From NCBI GenBank assembly GCA_963802255.1, contig CAWDHY010000001.1, positions 491,842 to 555,841 on the forward strand: 64,000 bases of DNA. Direction: 5' to 3'. Positions within the stretch are counted from its first letter, which is position 1, and the number at the start of each line of letters is the position of its first letter. Origin of the DNA: Candidatus Magasanikiibacteriota bacterium. Its GTDB lineage: Bacteria; Patescibacteriota; Patescibacteriia; Magasanikbacterales; GWA2-37-8. The notes under the pieces are model-generated. The model made no database searches. It was not told the origin of the DNA and saw only the letters and a list, made by a program, of their open reading frames with translations. A program made the translations under genes and the position numbers. Below are positions 11,094 through 20,289 of this stretch, piece after piece.

Positions 11094-12626
11094 TTATGTT
11101 AGGCGCGGAAAAAGCGCCTCGGGCTTATTGATTTTTTTTCCAACAGTTAATTCCGCCCAGCCATTTAACAGGTTTAGCGGTTTTGCGAATTCTTCTCCGG
11201 CATCAACGCCCAGCTGATTCAGTATTTTTACCGCAGTTTCAGGCATGACCGGCCAAATCATTACCGCTATCTGACGCAGTGATTCCGCTAAATGGTAGAG
11301 CAAGTCATTTACTTCATCCATTTTTCCGGCCTTGGCCATAGCCCAGGGCTGGAGGTCAGAAATTTTTTGGTCGCAGTGAGTAATGAATGTCCACACCGAC
11401 TCCAGGGCGCGGTCAAATCTAAATTTAGACATATTTTCCTCATATGACGGCCAAATAACGTCCTTCAGATAATCAACCATATCGTGGTCTATATTCTTTA
11501 CCTTTGGCACTGTACCATCGCAATACTTTTCAATCATTACTAAAATGCGGTTGGTTAAGTTTCCTATTCCATTTGCCAAATCGCCATTGTAACGGGCAAT
11601 AAGTTTATCAACCGAATAGTCGCCATCGCTGTTGAATGGCATTTCACGCATAAAAAAATGACGGATAGCGTCGAGCGGATAATCGGAAGACAGTTTTAAT
11701 GGGTCAATAACATTGCCGATAGTTTTGCTCATTTTTTGGCCATCAATTGTAATCCAGCCATGCGCCGCTATCATTCTTGGCAATTCAATTCCGGCCGACA
11801 TTAACATGGCTGGCCAAAGTAAAGAGTGAAAACGGTTAATTTCTTTTCCAATTACATGGGCATCGGCGGGCCAGTATTTTTTAAAAGCCGAATCGTCATC
11901 CGAACCATATCCCAAAGCGGTAATGTAGTTCGTCAGTGCGTCAAACCAGACGTACATTACCTGTGTCTCGTCGTTTGGAACGGGTATGCCCCAGGTAAGT
12001 TTGTCCGTTGACCGTGAAACGCTGATATCCTCAAGTCCGTTTTTCAAAATATTCAGCATTTCATTATAACGATTTTCCGGATATACGAAAGTCGGATTTT
12101 GTTCAAATAACAATTCAAGCGGTTCCTGATATTTTGATAAGCGGAAAAAATAATTTTCTTCTTCCAGTACTTCCGGCTCCTTCAGATGGTCCGGACATTT
12201 TCCGTCAACCAAATCTTTCTCGGTTTTGTAAGCTTCACAACCAACGCAATAAAGGCCTGAATATTTTTTCTTGTAAATATCTCCGCTCTCCACCGCGGCC
12301 AGCCAAAATTTTTGTGCCGCCTTCATATGACGCTCTTCGGTTGTGCGGATAAAATCGTCATTTGAAATGTTCCATTGGTCGGCTAAATTTAAAAATACCG
12401 CTGATTTCTCACTGCAATACTCTTCAACCGGTTTGCCTTTTTCTTTGGCCGCTTTATACATTTTTTGTCCGTGCTCATCTGTTCCAATCAGAAAAAATAC
12501 GTCTTTTCCGGTTAAACGCTGATATCTGGCCATTACATCGGCGTACAAAAATAAAAAAGCGTGGCCAATATGGGGATTATCATTAGCATACGGAATGGCT
12601 GTAGTTATGTAATATTTATTTGTCAT
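11094..12626 (-). CDS. metG: methionine--tRNA ligase
   Basis: Class I 'HIGH' motif ('PYANDNPHIGHAF') and 'KMSKT'. Zn-knuckle cysteines 'CVGCEAY...CPDH'. Confidence 0.9.
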   Translation of the reverse strand: MTNKYYITTAIPYANDNPHIGHAFLFLYADVMARYQRLTGKDVFFLIGTDEHGQKMYKAAKEKGKPVEEYCSEKSAVFLNLADQWNISNDDFIRTTEERHMKAAQKFWLAAVESGDIYKKKYSGLYCVGCEAYKTEKDLVDGKCPDHLKEPEVLEEENYFFRLSKYQEPLELLFEQNPTFVYPENRYNEMLNILKNGLEDISVSRSTDKLTWGIPVPNDETQVMYVWFDALTNYITALGYGSDDDSAFKKYWPADAHVIGKEINRFHSLLWPAMLMSAGIELPRMIAAHGWITIDGQKMSKTIGNVIDPLKLSSDYPLDAIRHFFMREMPFNSDGDYSVDKLIARYNGDLANGIGNLTNRILVMIEKYCDGTVPKVKNIDHDMVDYLKDVIWPSYEENMSKFRFDRALESVWTFITHCDQKISDLQPWAMAKAGKMDEVNDLLYHLAESLRQIAVMIWPVMPETAVKILNQLGVDAGEEFAKPLNLLNGWAELTVGKKINKPEALFPRLT

Positions 12627-12628
12627 AT

Positions 12629-13318
12629 TTACTTTTTAATTACAATTACAAATTCCCCTCTTTCTTCTTTCATATTATTTATGACTTCGCTTATTGTACC
12701 GCGGTATATTGTTTCATGAATTTTAGATATTTCCCGGCAAACAATGATTTCACGTTTGGAATTCAGGACACCCTCAAGTTCCTTAAGGCATTTCATAATC
12801 CGGTGGCCTGACTCATAAAAAACAACGGTTTGCTGTTCCCGGGCTAGATCGCTGAAAAATTTTTGACGCTTATTTTTCAGCGGCGGAAAACCGAGAAAAA
12901 TAAATTTGTCTGTGGGAAATCCGGATACGGATAACGCGCAGATAGCCGCACAAGGTCCCGGAATGGGGATAATTTCCGTAATACCGGATTTAACCAAGTC
13001 GCTAATTAGCAGATTGCCCGGATCGGATATTCCCGGCGTTCCGGCATCGGTTACCAACGCCAGATTTTTGCCGTCTTTGAGTTTTTCCGATATTTCTTTA
13101 ATTTTTTTTAAATCGCTGTGCTGATGATAGCTTATCAGGGATTTTGAAATGTTGTAGTGCAGTAGCAAGTTTTTTGTAACTCTGGTGTCTTCGCATAAAA
13201 TAAAATCTACGCTTTTTAATGTTTCAAGCGCGCGGAGGGTGATGTCTCCAAGATTGCCGATAGGAGTGGCTACAATGTAGATCTTTCCCTGATTCATATT
13301 AGATACATTGTACGTCAA
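12629..13318 (-). CDS. rsmI: 16S rRNA (cytidine1402-2'-O)-methyltransferase
   Basis: 'GKIYIVATPIGNLGDITLRALETLKSVDFILCEDTR' is the RsmI/tetrapyrrole-methylase-fold signature. Confidence 0.85.
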   Translation of the reverse strand: MTYNVSNMNQGKIYIVATPIGNLGDITLRALETLKSVDFILCEDTRVTKNLLLHYNISKSLISYHQHSDLKKIKEISEKLKDGKNLALVTDAGTPGISDPGNLLISDLVKSGITEIIPIPGPCAAICALSVSGFPTDKFIFLGFPPLKNKRQKFFSDLAREQQTVVFYESGHRIMKCLKELEGVLNSKREIIVCREISKIHETIYRGTISEVINNMKEERGEFVIVIKK

Positions 13319-13371
13319 ATTACGGCTGAAATCAAGAAAGCCGGGTTTTTATCATAGACAATTAGTTGAAA

Positions 13372-13400
13372 TAAAAAACCCGCTGTTAAGCGGGAATTTT
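13372..13400 (-). terminator. rho-independent terminator after ferredoxin gene
   Basis: 'aaaaaaCCCGCtgttaaGCGGGaatttt' hairpin between the fdx stop and the rsmI start. Confidence 0.55.
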
Positions 13401-13401
13401 A

Positions 13402-13584
13402 CTACTCAAGAGTAATCGCTTGCACCGGACATCCGTCGGATGCCTGTTTAATCGTTTCTTCCGGGTCGCCTGCAGGATTCATCACCTCTGACTTTCCATC
13501 CTCGCCCATCTTAAATGTATTGGACGCTACCGCGACGCAAGCACCGCAACCGATGCATTTTTCCTTGTCTACTTTTGGTGTCAT
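13402..13584 (-). CDS. 4Fe-4S single-cluster ferredoxin
   Basis: 60 aa. 'CIGCGACVAV...C' plus distal 'CP' is the single [4Fe-4S]/[3Fe-4S] ferredoxin pattern. It is the last gene of the isc cluster. Confidence 0.8.
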   Translation of the reverse strand: MTPKVDKEKCIGCGACVAVASNTFKMGEDGKSEVMNPAGDPEETIKQASDGCPVQAITLE

Positions 13585-13601
13585 AAGACAAAAATATTAA
13601 A

Positions 13602-14279
13602 TTAACCAAAATATTTTTCCCAATAATATCTGACCAGTTCCTCAATTGCTTCTCTTGATTCCGGTTTGGCTACGCCAACTTTTAATTTTTTCTGTACGTC
13701 TTCGACTGATAGTGCGCCTTCCAAAACTGCCTCCTCAATATCATGATCGGTAATGTTAAGGTCCCTGTCAATAATTTTTTTACCGGCTGTTATAACGCGC
13801 GAATGTTGTTTTGTTTTGCGGAAATAGTCATTAATGGCGGCTTGAAGAGCTTTATCCCCAAGTACCGAACAATGAATTTTTCGGTCGGGCAACCCTCCCA
13901 GACGTTTAAGAATATCGCTCGGTGTAATTAATAAGGCTTTATCAAGCGTCATTCCGCCTTTTTCTTTTATCATCTCGCTTAATACTGATGTTGAGGCAAT
14001 AGCGGAACCACAACCAAATGTACGCCAGCGGCAGTCCTTAATCTTTTCATTTTTTGGGTCAATTTTTAGCCAAAGAACCATCTCATCTCCGCAAGCCGGC
14101 GACCCGACTCTTCCCATAGCGTTGAATTTAAATTTCTTTTCTTCCTCATAGCGCATGAAATTGCGGGGATTAAAAAAATGATCCTTGACGATGTCGGAAT
14201 AAAGCCATTCACTGCCGTCTTTGGCGCGTACATCGCCTTTTCTTTTAATAACACTTTTTTTAGTCGCTTTTTTTGGCAT
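13602..14279 (-). CDS. NifU/IscU-type Fe-S cluster scaffold with a C-terminal extension
   Basis: IscU core motifs 'GSPACGDEMVLWLKI', 'RTFGCGSAIASTSVL', 'IHCSVLGDKALQAAI'. A roughly 70-aa C-terminal tail resembles a BFD-like domain but lacks its cysteines. Confidence 0.8.
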   Translation of the reverse strand: MPKKATKKSVIKRKGDVRAKDGSEWLYSDIVKDHFFNPRNFMRYEEEKKFKFNAMGRVGSPACGDEMVLWLKIDPKNEKIKDCRWRTFGCGSAIASTSVLSEMIKEKGGMTLDKALLITPSDILKRLGGLPDRKIHCSVLGDKALQAAINDYFRKTKQHSRVITAGKKIIDRDLNITDHDIEEAVLEGALSVEDVQKKLKVGVAKPESREAIEELVRYYWEKYFG

Positions 14280-14282
14280 ATA

Positions 14283-15518
14283 TTATTTGAACCTAGCGTG
14301 CAATTTTTCGCTCATTTTTACCGGACTGATTTCTCGTAATTGCGCGACGATGGCCGGCAAATATTTCATTATGTAATCAATATCAGCTTTACCGTTACTT
14401 TTTCCAAAAGTAAACCTCAAACTGCCGTGCGCCATTTCGTAAGGCATGCCCATTGCGCGCAAAACATGTGAAGGTTCCAACGATTCCGAGGTGCAGGCTG
14501 ATCCGGTGGAACACATTATACCATATTCATCCAGGTATAAAAGCATTGCTTCGCCTTCAATATTCATAAAAGTAATGTTCAAATTATTCGGCAAGCGGTT
14601 CTCTCCGATTTCCGGGCCATTGATTTTAATATCAGGTATTTTTTCACTGACTTTTTTCCAGAAGTATTCTGTCAGCCGGCGTAATCTGAGAGACTCAGCT
14701 TCCCGATCCTTTTGGGCAAAATACAGCGCTCTAGAAAGACCAATAATGGCCGGTACATTTTCCGTTCCGGCCCGACGGCCTTTTTCCTGTCCACCGCCTA
14801 AAATTACCGGCTTGATTTTCACTCCTCTGCGCAAATACAACATGCCGGCTCCTTTTGGCCCGTACACCTTGCTTCCGTTTAGTGTCATTAAATCAACATG
14901 CAGTTTTTCAACATCCAAATTTAAATAGCCTGATGCCTGGCAGGCGTCGCTATGAAAATAAGGATAAGGTGTATTATTATTTTTTCGGTATTTTAAAATC
15001 TCACGCCCGATTTCGGCAATCGGCTGAATCGCGCCCATTTCGTTGTTTGCGTACATGATGGAAATTAGAATGGTGTCCGGACGAATAGCCTTGATGACAG
15101 CAGCAACATTAACGATTCCATTTTTATCAACAGGGATGTAGGTTGTTTCAAAACCATTTTTTGCTAAGTCCTCAAGCGGTTTAAGTACGGCATGATGTTC
15201 AATGCCCAAAGAAATAATATGCTTTCCCCTGTTTTTGTGTGCGTTTGCAATGCCATAAATGGCCAGATTGTCCGATTCTGAGCCACTGCCGGTAAAAATA
15301 ATATTCTCAGGTAAAGCGTGAATTAACCCGGCAATGTTTTTTCTGGCTTCAGTTATTGCTTTTTGAGCGCTTCTGCCGATGTTGTACAGGGCCGAAGGAT
15401 TACCAAATTCCTTTGTAAAATAAGGTTTCATGGAATTAAAAACACGCTCGTCCAATGGTGTCGTAGCCGCGTGGTCCAAATATATTTTTTTGATTTTTTT
15501 GGGTTTTGGCAACATAAA
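14283..15518 (-). CDS. iscS: cysteine desulfurase (NifS/IscS)
   Basis: 'HAATTP', 'SGSESDNLAI', PLP-lysine region 'LNGSKVYGPKGAGMLY', active-site 'GSACTS'. The likely start is 'MLPKPKK' at 15518, because the ORF-track start at 15557 overlaps iscR. Confidence 0.85.
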   Translation of the reverse strand, partial: FMLPKPKKIKKIYLDHAATTPLDERVFNSMKPYFTKEFGNPSALYNIGRSAQKAITEARKNIAGLIHALPENIIFTGSGSESDNLAIYGIANAHKNRGKHIISLGIEHHAVLKPLEDLAKNGFETTYIPVDKNGIVNVAAVIKAIRPDTILISIMYANNEMGAIQPIAEIGREILKYRKNNNTPYPYFHSDACQASGYLNLDVEKLHVDLMTLNGSKVYGPKGAGMLYLRRGVKIKPVILGGGQEKGRRAGTENVPAIIGLSRALYFAQKDREAESLRLRRLTEYFWKKVSEKIPDIKINGPEIGENRLPNNLNITFMNIEGEAMLLYLDEYGIMCSTGSACTSESLEPSHVLRAMGMPYEMAHGSLRFTFGKSNGKADIDYIMKYLPAIVAQLREISPVKMSEKLHARFK

Positions 15519-15519
15519 A

Positions 15520-15921
15520 TTATAAATCGGAAAGTTTTGTCTTATCAAGAATATCACCGATTTTTTTATTCATTTTCGTCAGCTTGATTTTTAGGCTGCA
15601 TTTTTTGGTATTTCCTTTGCATTTTGCCACTCCCTTGGTACAAAGACATGGTAAAATGGCACTGTCGCCTTCAATTGACTCAATAATCTTTTTTAACGAG
15701 ATTCGTTTATCCGGAATATTTAAACAGTATCCGCCTGATACACCGGCTCCGGCCTTGATAATTCTAGCCTGACGAAGTTTTCTGGCAATTTTTTGGAGAA
15801 ATAAAAAAGAAATATCGGTATCTCTGGAAATTTCACGCAGACTGATAAATCCGGCTTTTTGTTTGGCCAGATATTTCAGCATGTGAATCGCGTAATCGGT
15901 CTCCCTTCGCATTGTCATCAT
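15520..15921 (-). CDS. iscR: Rrf2 family transcriptional regulator (IscR-like, with Cys ligands)
   Basis: N-terminal wHTH 'TDYAIHMLKYLAKQKAGFISLREIS'. Cys cluster 'CLCTKGVAKCKGNTKKC'. Leads the nifS-nifU-fdx cluster. Confidence 0.75.
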   Translation of the reverse strand: MMTMRRETDYAIHMLKYLAKQKAGFISLREISRDTDISFLFLQKIARKLRQARIIKAGAGVSGGYCLNIPDKRISLKKIIESIEGDSAILPCLCTKGVAKCKGNTKKCSLKIKLTKMNKKIGDILDKTKLSDL

Positions 15922-15925
15922 ACAA

Positions 15926-16510
15926 TTATATGGGTAGCGTTAAATTAATATTTGTTTTGTTTGAATCAATATTTTTTTCAGAAAAATCAACTGCGAACGG
16001 GATTGTTTCACCGGTCAGGTTTTTGTAAAACAATTGTCTGTTATCTCTGCCAAATTCGTACAATTGTTTTGTCACATTAACATCCTGTTCGCAATATTTT
16101 TTTATTTCATCAATTTTTCCTTCGCGGTACCATTTTATCGCCTGCAAACCGTCGGCGCTCTTTTGAATATTATCAAGTGTTGCTTCAGCCAAATCGGCCA
16201 GCTTAAGACGAATGCCCAAACTCTCCTTCACTATTTTCATCAGATCTAAATGAGGAATTTTTGTCAGATCGCCCAGATAATAGTTCATAAGAATGGGTAA
16301 ATCAAAATGCTCGCTATTATACCCGATAATCCGGTCCGCCTTTTCCAGTATGGGCCACAACTTGCTCAATTCGTTTTCTGTGAAGCTTTCAAACTTATCC
16401 GTATCGTAACGGTAAATGGAAACGACCGAAATTTTAAATTTTTTCATGTCATTTTCCACTTCGGCAAAGGAATTTTGCGTTTCAATGTCAAACACTATTT
16501 CATTCTTCAT
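15926..16510 (-). CDS. DEDD-family 3'-5' exonuclease (RNase H-like fold)
   Basis: Exo I 'VFDIETQN', Exo II 'GYNSEHFDLPIL', Exo III 'YCEQDVNVTKQLY'. Confidence 0.5.
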   Translation of the reverse strand: MKNEIVFDIETQNSFAEVENDMKKFKISVVSIYRYDTDKFESFTENELSKLWPILEKADRIIGYNSEHFDLPILMNYYLGDLTKIPHLDLMKIVKESLGIRLKLADLAEATLDNIQKSADGLQAIKWYREGKIDEIKKYCEQDVNVTKQLYEFGRDNRQLFYKNLTGETIPFAVDFSEKNIDSNKTNINLTLPI

Positions 16511-17649
16511 AATTTGCTTGATAAATTCATACTAATATAATATGATATTGGCGTAATTTTGTCAAGACCGCAGAAATCAACCGATTTTTCCATCTTTTCA
16601 ATAGTATTAAGGTCAGACTTTATTTTCGGGTGCTTTGCCACAAAAAGTGAACAGCAATCCTCATACGGACGGACCGAAATGCCGAACGTGCCCAAGCGCC
16701 TGGCGGTTTTAACTATATCCGATTTATTGGCACCTATTAAGGGTGTCAATTTAAGCATTTCCGTTGATTTATAAATAACATCCATGTTGTCCAGAGTTTG
16801 GGAGGCGACCTGGCCGAGCGAATCACCGGTGGCAAGAGCCAGTATTTTTTCTTTTTTTGCGATGATCTCGGACAGTTTAAACATCATCCTTCTGGAAACA
16901 ATCATGCGGGAATCGGCCGGAATTTTCATCACGATTTCTTTCTGATATGAGGCAAAAGGAACAATAATCAATTTTATCTCGGGCTGATAACCCGAAAGAT
17001 TTTTCGTCAAATCAATTATTTTTTCCGATACTTCTTCGGTTACGTCCGTTTGATTTTGAAAATGAACCAGCATTATCTCCCCTCCCCTTTTCATAATTTC
17101 ATAGGCGGCGACAGGACTGTCTATACCGCCGGATAAAAGACATAAAACTCGTCCTGAAGTTCCCGTCGGCAAGCCACCGGCACCGTCGGAAAGATTGCCA
17201 TAAATGATGGATTTTGACCGCCCGATATCCACGTGAAATACCAAATCCGGATTTTTCAGATTTACTTTTAATCCTGATTCATCAGCCATAATTTTCCCCA
17301 GTTTAATATTCAAATCTTCCGATGTGTGTTCGTAGCTTTTATCTGACCTTGAAGTAAGAATTCTGAAAGATTTATCATTTTTGCCGACAGGAATTTCCAT
17401 TAGCGCTTCGGTAATTTTTTTTATGTCACGCCGGCAAACAAGAGCCGGGGCAAACTTGGCGATGCCTGGTGTAAGTGAAAGCCTTTCTAAATCGGTATGT
17501 TCAACATTTTCCAATAACAGCCCACCCTCTACACGACGCGCCCGGATGCCCTTAAAAAGCCGGCCGATATTATCTGCCAGCTTTTTTACAAACATTCCTT
17601 TGTTATTCCCTTTGAGAAATATTTCGTCAAAGTGTACAATTACGTCCAT
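16507..17649 (-). CDS. thiI: tRNA 4-thiouridine(8) synthase
   Basis: N-terminal THUMP-like region and PP-loop 'LLSGGIDSPVAAY'. Sits next to the cysteine desulfurase gene. Confidence 0.8.
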   Translation of the reverse strand: MDVIVHFDEIFLKGNNKGMFVKKLADNIGRLFKGIRARRVEGGLLLENVEHTDLERLSLTPGIAKFAPALVCRRDIKKITEALMEIPVGKNDKSFRILTSRSDKSYEHTSEDLNIKLGKIMADESGLKVNLKNPDLVFHVDIGRSKSIIYGNLSDGAGGLPTGTSGRVLCLLSGGIDSPVAAYEIMKRGGEIMLVHFQNQTDVTEEVSEKIIDLTKNLSGYQPEIKLIIVPFASYQKEIVMKIPADSRMIVSRRMMFKLSEIIAKKEKILALATGDSLGQVASQTLDNMDVIYKSTEMLKLTPLIGANKSDIVKTARRLGTFGISVRPYEDCCSLFVAKHPKIKSDLNTIEKMEKSVDFCGLDKITPISYYISMNLSSKL

Positions 17650-17655
17650 TTCAGT

Positions 17656-18897
17656 TTACATTAATTCTTTGACTATTGATTTTAATTGCACCAATTTCAC
17701 TTCAGCCTCATTTCGCTTCTTTAACTCAACGGATTTTTTTTCAAGAGTTTTTCCTGATACAATAATTCTGTAAGGAAGACCGATTAAGTCCGCGTCTGAT
17801 AATTTCTCTCCGGCTGATGCTTTGTCGCGGTCATCAAACAAAACTTCAACTCCTGATTTAAGCAATTGCTGATATATCTCATCGGCGCTTTCGCGGGTTG
17901 CGTCATCTTTTCCGATGCGCGCCAGATATACTTTGTATGGTGCGATTGCTTCCGGCCAGATAATACCTGTTTCATCGTGAAATACCTCCACTACCGCTCC
18001 CATAATTCTTGACGGTCCCATACCATAACACCCCATCGGAATTTCTTTTTCTTTTCCTTCTGCATCCGCGTATTTAAAATTAAACGCGCCTGAAAACTTA
18101 TTTTTTAATTTAAAGATATTACCCACCTCAATACCGGTTTTTTCCACCAACTTTTCCGAACCGCACTCGGGGCATGATTTTTGGTCCCCGATAATTTCCT
18201 TATTTACGGCAATATTGCATTTTTCACATAAAAATATCGTATCTTCACCGGATTCGGCTAGAGTTTGGTATTCGTGTGAATATTTGCTGAACGCCCCGCC
18301 TGACGCGTAGGTTAAGACTGTTTTTCCGCCCCCAAGCCCCAGTCGTTCAAAAATTCTGAAATATGCTTCCTTCACCACTTCGTAATAGTTATCCAGGTCC
18401 TGTTCGTCGGGATGGAATGAATACAAATCTTTCATATTGAATTCCCTTCCCCGCAGAAGTCCGGATTTTGCCCGTGGTTCATTTCTGAACTTGTTCTGTA
18501 TCTGATACACGGCGACCGGCAAATCCTGATAAGAAAAAACAAATTTTTGCGCCAAAGGAGTAACCACCTCTTCATGCGTCGGGTTAAGCACAAGCTTTGT
18601 ACCACCTTGTCCCTCAAATTTAAATAAAATATCCATCTTCGAACGTCCTGTCATCTCATAACTTTCTTCCTGCGTCATGGCAGGCATTAAAATCTCATTT
18701 GCCCCGATGGCATTCATTTCTTCACGTATAATATTCTGAATTTTTCCCAGAACACGAAGACCAAGCGGTAGATAATTGTACACGCCGGCGATTTGCTTGG
18801 AAATAAAACCTCCGCGAACCAGTAATTTAGCGTTTATGCTTTCTTCGTCTGCGGAAATTGATTTTGATGTTTTACCGAATAATTGTGATACGCGCAT
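17656..18897 (-). CDS. proS: proline--tRNA ligase (short form without INS editing domain)
   Basis: 'MRVSQLFGKT...' ProRS N-terminus, class II motifs 2 and 3 ('FRNEPRAKSGLLRGREFNMKDLYSFH', 'GCYGMGPSRIMGAVVE'), Zn-binding 'CEKC...CPECG'. At 413 aa it lacks an insertion domain. Confidence 0.7.
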   Translation of the reverse strand: MRVSQLFGKTSKSISADEESINAKLLVRGGFISKQIAGVYNYLPLGLRVLGKIQNIIREEMNAIGANEILMPAMTQEESYEMTGRSKMDILFKFEGQGGTKLVLNPTHEEVVTPLAQKFVFSYQDLPVAVYQIQNKFRNEPRAKSGLLRGREFNMKDLYSFHPDEQDLDNYYEVVKEAYFRIFERLGLGGGKTVLTYASGGAFSKYSHEYQTLAESGEDTIFLCEKCNIAVNKEIIGDQKSCPECGSEKLVEKTGIEVGNIFKLKNKFSGAFNFKYADAEGKEKEIPMGCYGMGPSRIMGAVVEVFHDETGIIWPEAIAPYKVYLARIGKDDATRESADEIYQQLLKSGVEVLFDDRDKASAGEKLSDADLIGLPYRIIVSGKTLEKKSVELKKRNEAEVKLVQLKSIVKELM

Positions 18898-18904
18898 AAT
18901 AATT

Positions 18905-19357
18905 CTATTCTTCTTTTAACAGTTTTCGTTTTAAAATTGTCTTATAAATATCTCTGCGCCATATCATACCGACTAGTTTTCCATTTTCAACTACCGGCAG
19001 ACGACTGACATGTTTTGCCAGCATCAACGCTCCGGCGCGAAGAACTGGATCATCAGGATGAACATAAACAAAATCACGGCTCATAAATACCTCAACTTTG
19101 TGATCCTTTATTTCATCAATCTTATTCTCCCTCTCTTCATAATCAACATACAACTCAGGATTATTGTAATAGCTTGTGTAATAGGGAAAAAGCACCCGAA
19201 AAAGGTCTTTTTCAGAAACAATGCCGACAATTCTGTCATTATCCACTATCGGCCCCCCGCTGATGTTATTTTCATCTAAAATTTTAAAAACTTGCTCATA
19301 GGTTGAGCCGCTCGGAATAGCAATGTATTCTTTGTCCATTAATTCTTTGACTTTCAT
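18905..19357 (-). CDS. CBS domain pair protein
   Basis: Two CBS motifs ('GGPIVDNDRIVGIVSEKDL' and 'RLPVVENGKLVGMIWRRDI'). Confidence 0.75.
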   Translation of the reverse strand: MKVKELMDKEYIAIPSGSTYEQVFKILDENNISGGPIVDNDRIVGIVSEKDLFRVLFPYYTSYYNNPELYVDYEERENKIDEIKDHKVEVFMSRDFVYVHPDDPVLRAGALMLAKHVSRLPVVENGKLVGMIWRRDIYKTILKRKLLKEE

Positions 19358-19406
19358 ATATTTTGGTTAATATTTATATTTCAATAATAACGCAAAAATA
19401 ATTTTT

Positions 19407-20177
19407 TTACAATAGGATTAGCCAAAATAACAGAGCCACAACTATTCTGTATATTCCAAATGCCACAAAAGAGTGATTCTGAACATATTTTATTAGCCAT
19501 TTAACTACAAACCATGCGACAATAAATGCTGTTACAAAACCAATTGCCAACAATAACCATTCTTGTCCGGCAAATGACGCGCCCGTTTTAAAAAGGTCTA
19601 AAAAAGTTGCCGCCAGCATGGTTGGAATTGCCAATAAAAAAGAAAATTCTACGATAGCCTTTCGCTTGATTCCCATGGACAAACCGCCGATTATTGTAGC
19701 CGCCGCGCGCGAAACACCCGGTATCATGGCGAAGCATTGGAAAAAACCGATAATAAGCGCCTGCTTGGAAGTGATTTGTTCAACTTCTTGAATGGTGGCC
19801 ACTTTTTCTTTATGAAAATATTCAAAAATTATTAACAATATGCCGCCAACCAGCAAAGACCATAGTACAATTTGAGAGTTATTGAGAAGGTATGCTTTTA
19901 TGAATTTATAGGCGAATAAGCCGATTACCGCTGCAGGCAGGAATGCGATAAAGACTGTTTTAAAAAGAATTTTTTGAGCAAAAACTCTTTTAAAATAAAA
20001 TAAAATTACGGCGCAAATGGCGCCAAGTTGTATCCCAATTTCAAAACTAGATAAAAACGCCGTTTTGGCAATTTTTAGAAGGTCGGAAACAAGAATAAGG
20101 TGGCCGGTTGATGAAATAGGTAAAAATTCCGTAATTCCTTCAACAATTCCCAAAATTAGGGCATGAAATATCGTCAT
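19407..20177 (-). CDS. uppP: undecaprenyl-diphosphate phosphatase
   Basis: 'GIVEGITEFLPISSTGHLIL' and 'PGVSRAAATIIGG' are BacA/UppP signatures. Eight TM helices. Confidence 0.85.
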   Translation of the reverse strand: MTIFHALILGIVEGITEFLPISSTGHLILVSDLLKIAKTAFLSSFEIGIQLGAICAVILFYFKRVFAQKILFKTVFIAFLPAAVIGLFAYKFIKAYLLNNSQIVLWSLLVGGILLIIFEYFHKEKVATIQEVEQITSKQALIIGFFQCFAMIPGVSRAAATIIGGLSMGIKRKAIVEFSFLLAIPTMLAATFLDLFKTGASFAGQEWLLLAIGFVTAFIVAWFVVKWLIKYVQNHSFVAFGIYRIVVALLFWLILL

Positions 20178-20289
20178 ATGTGGATAATTATATCATAACA
20201 CTAAAAAATATGCACAGATATTTATGTTTTTTGCTATACCTTGCAAAATATATATGTTATAATATCACAAGTGATTACTAATAATTTTT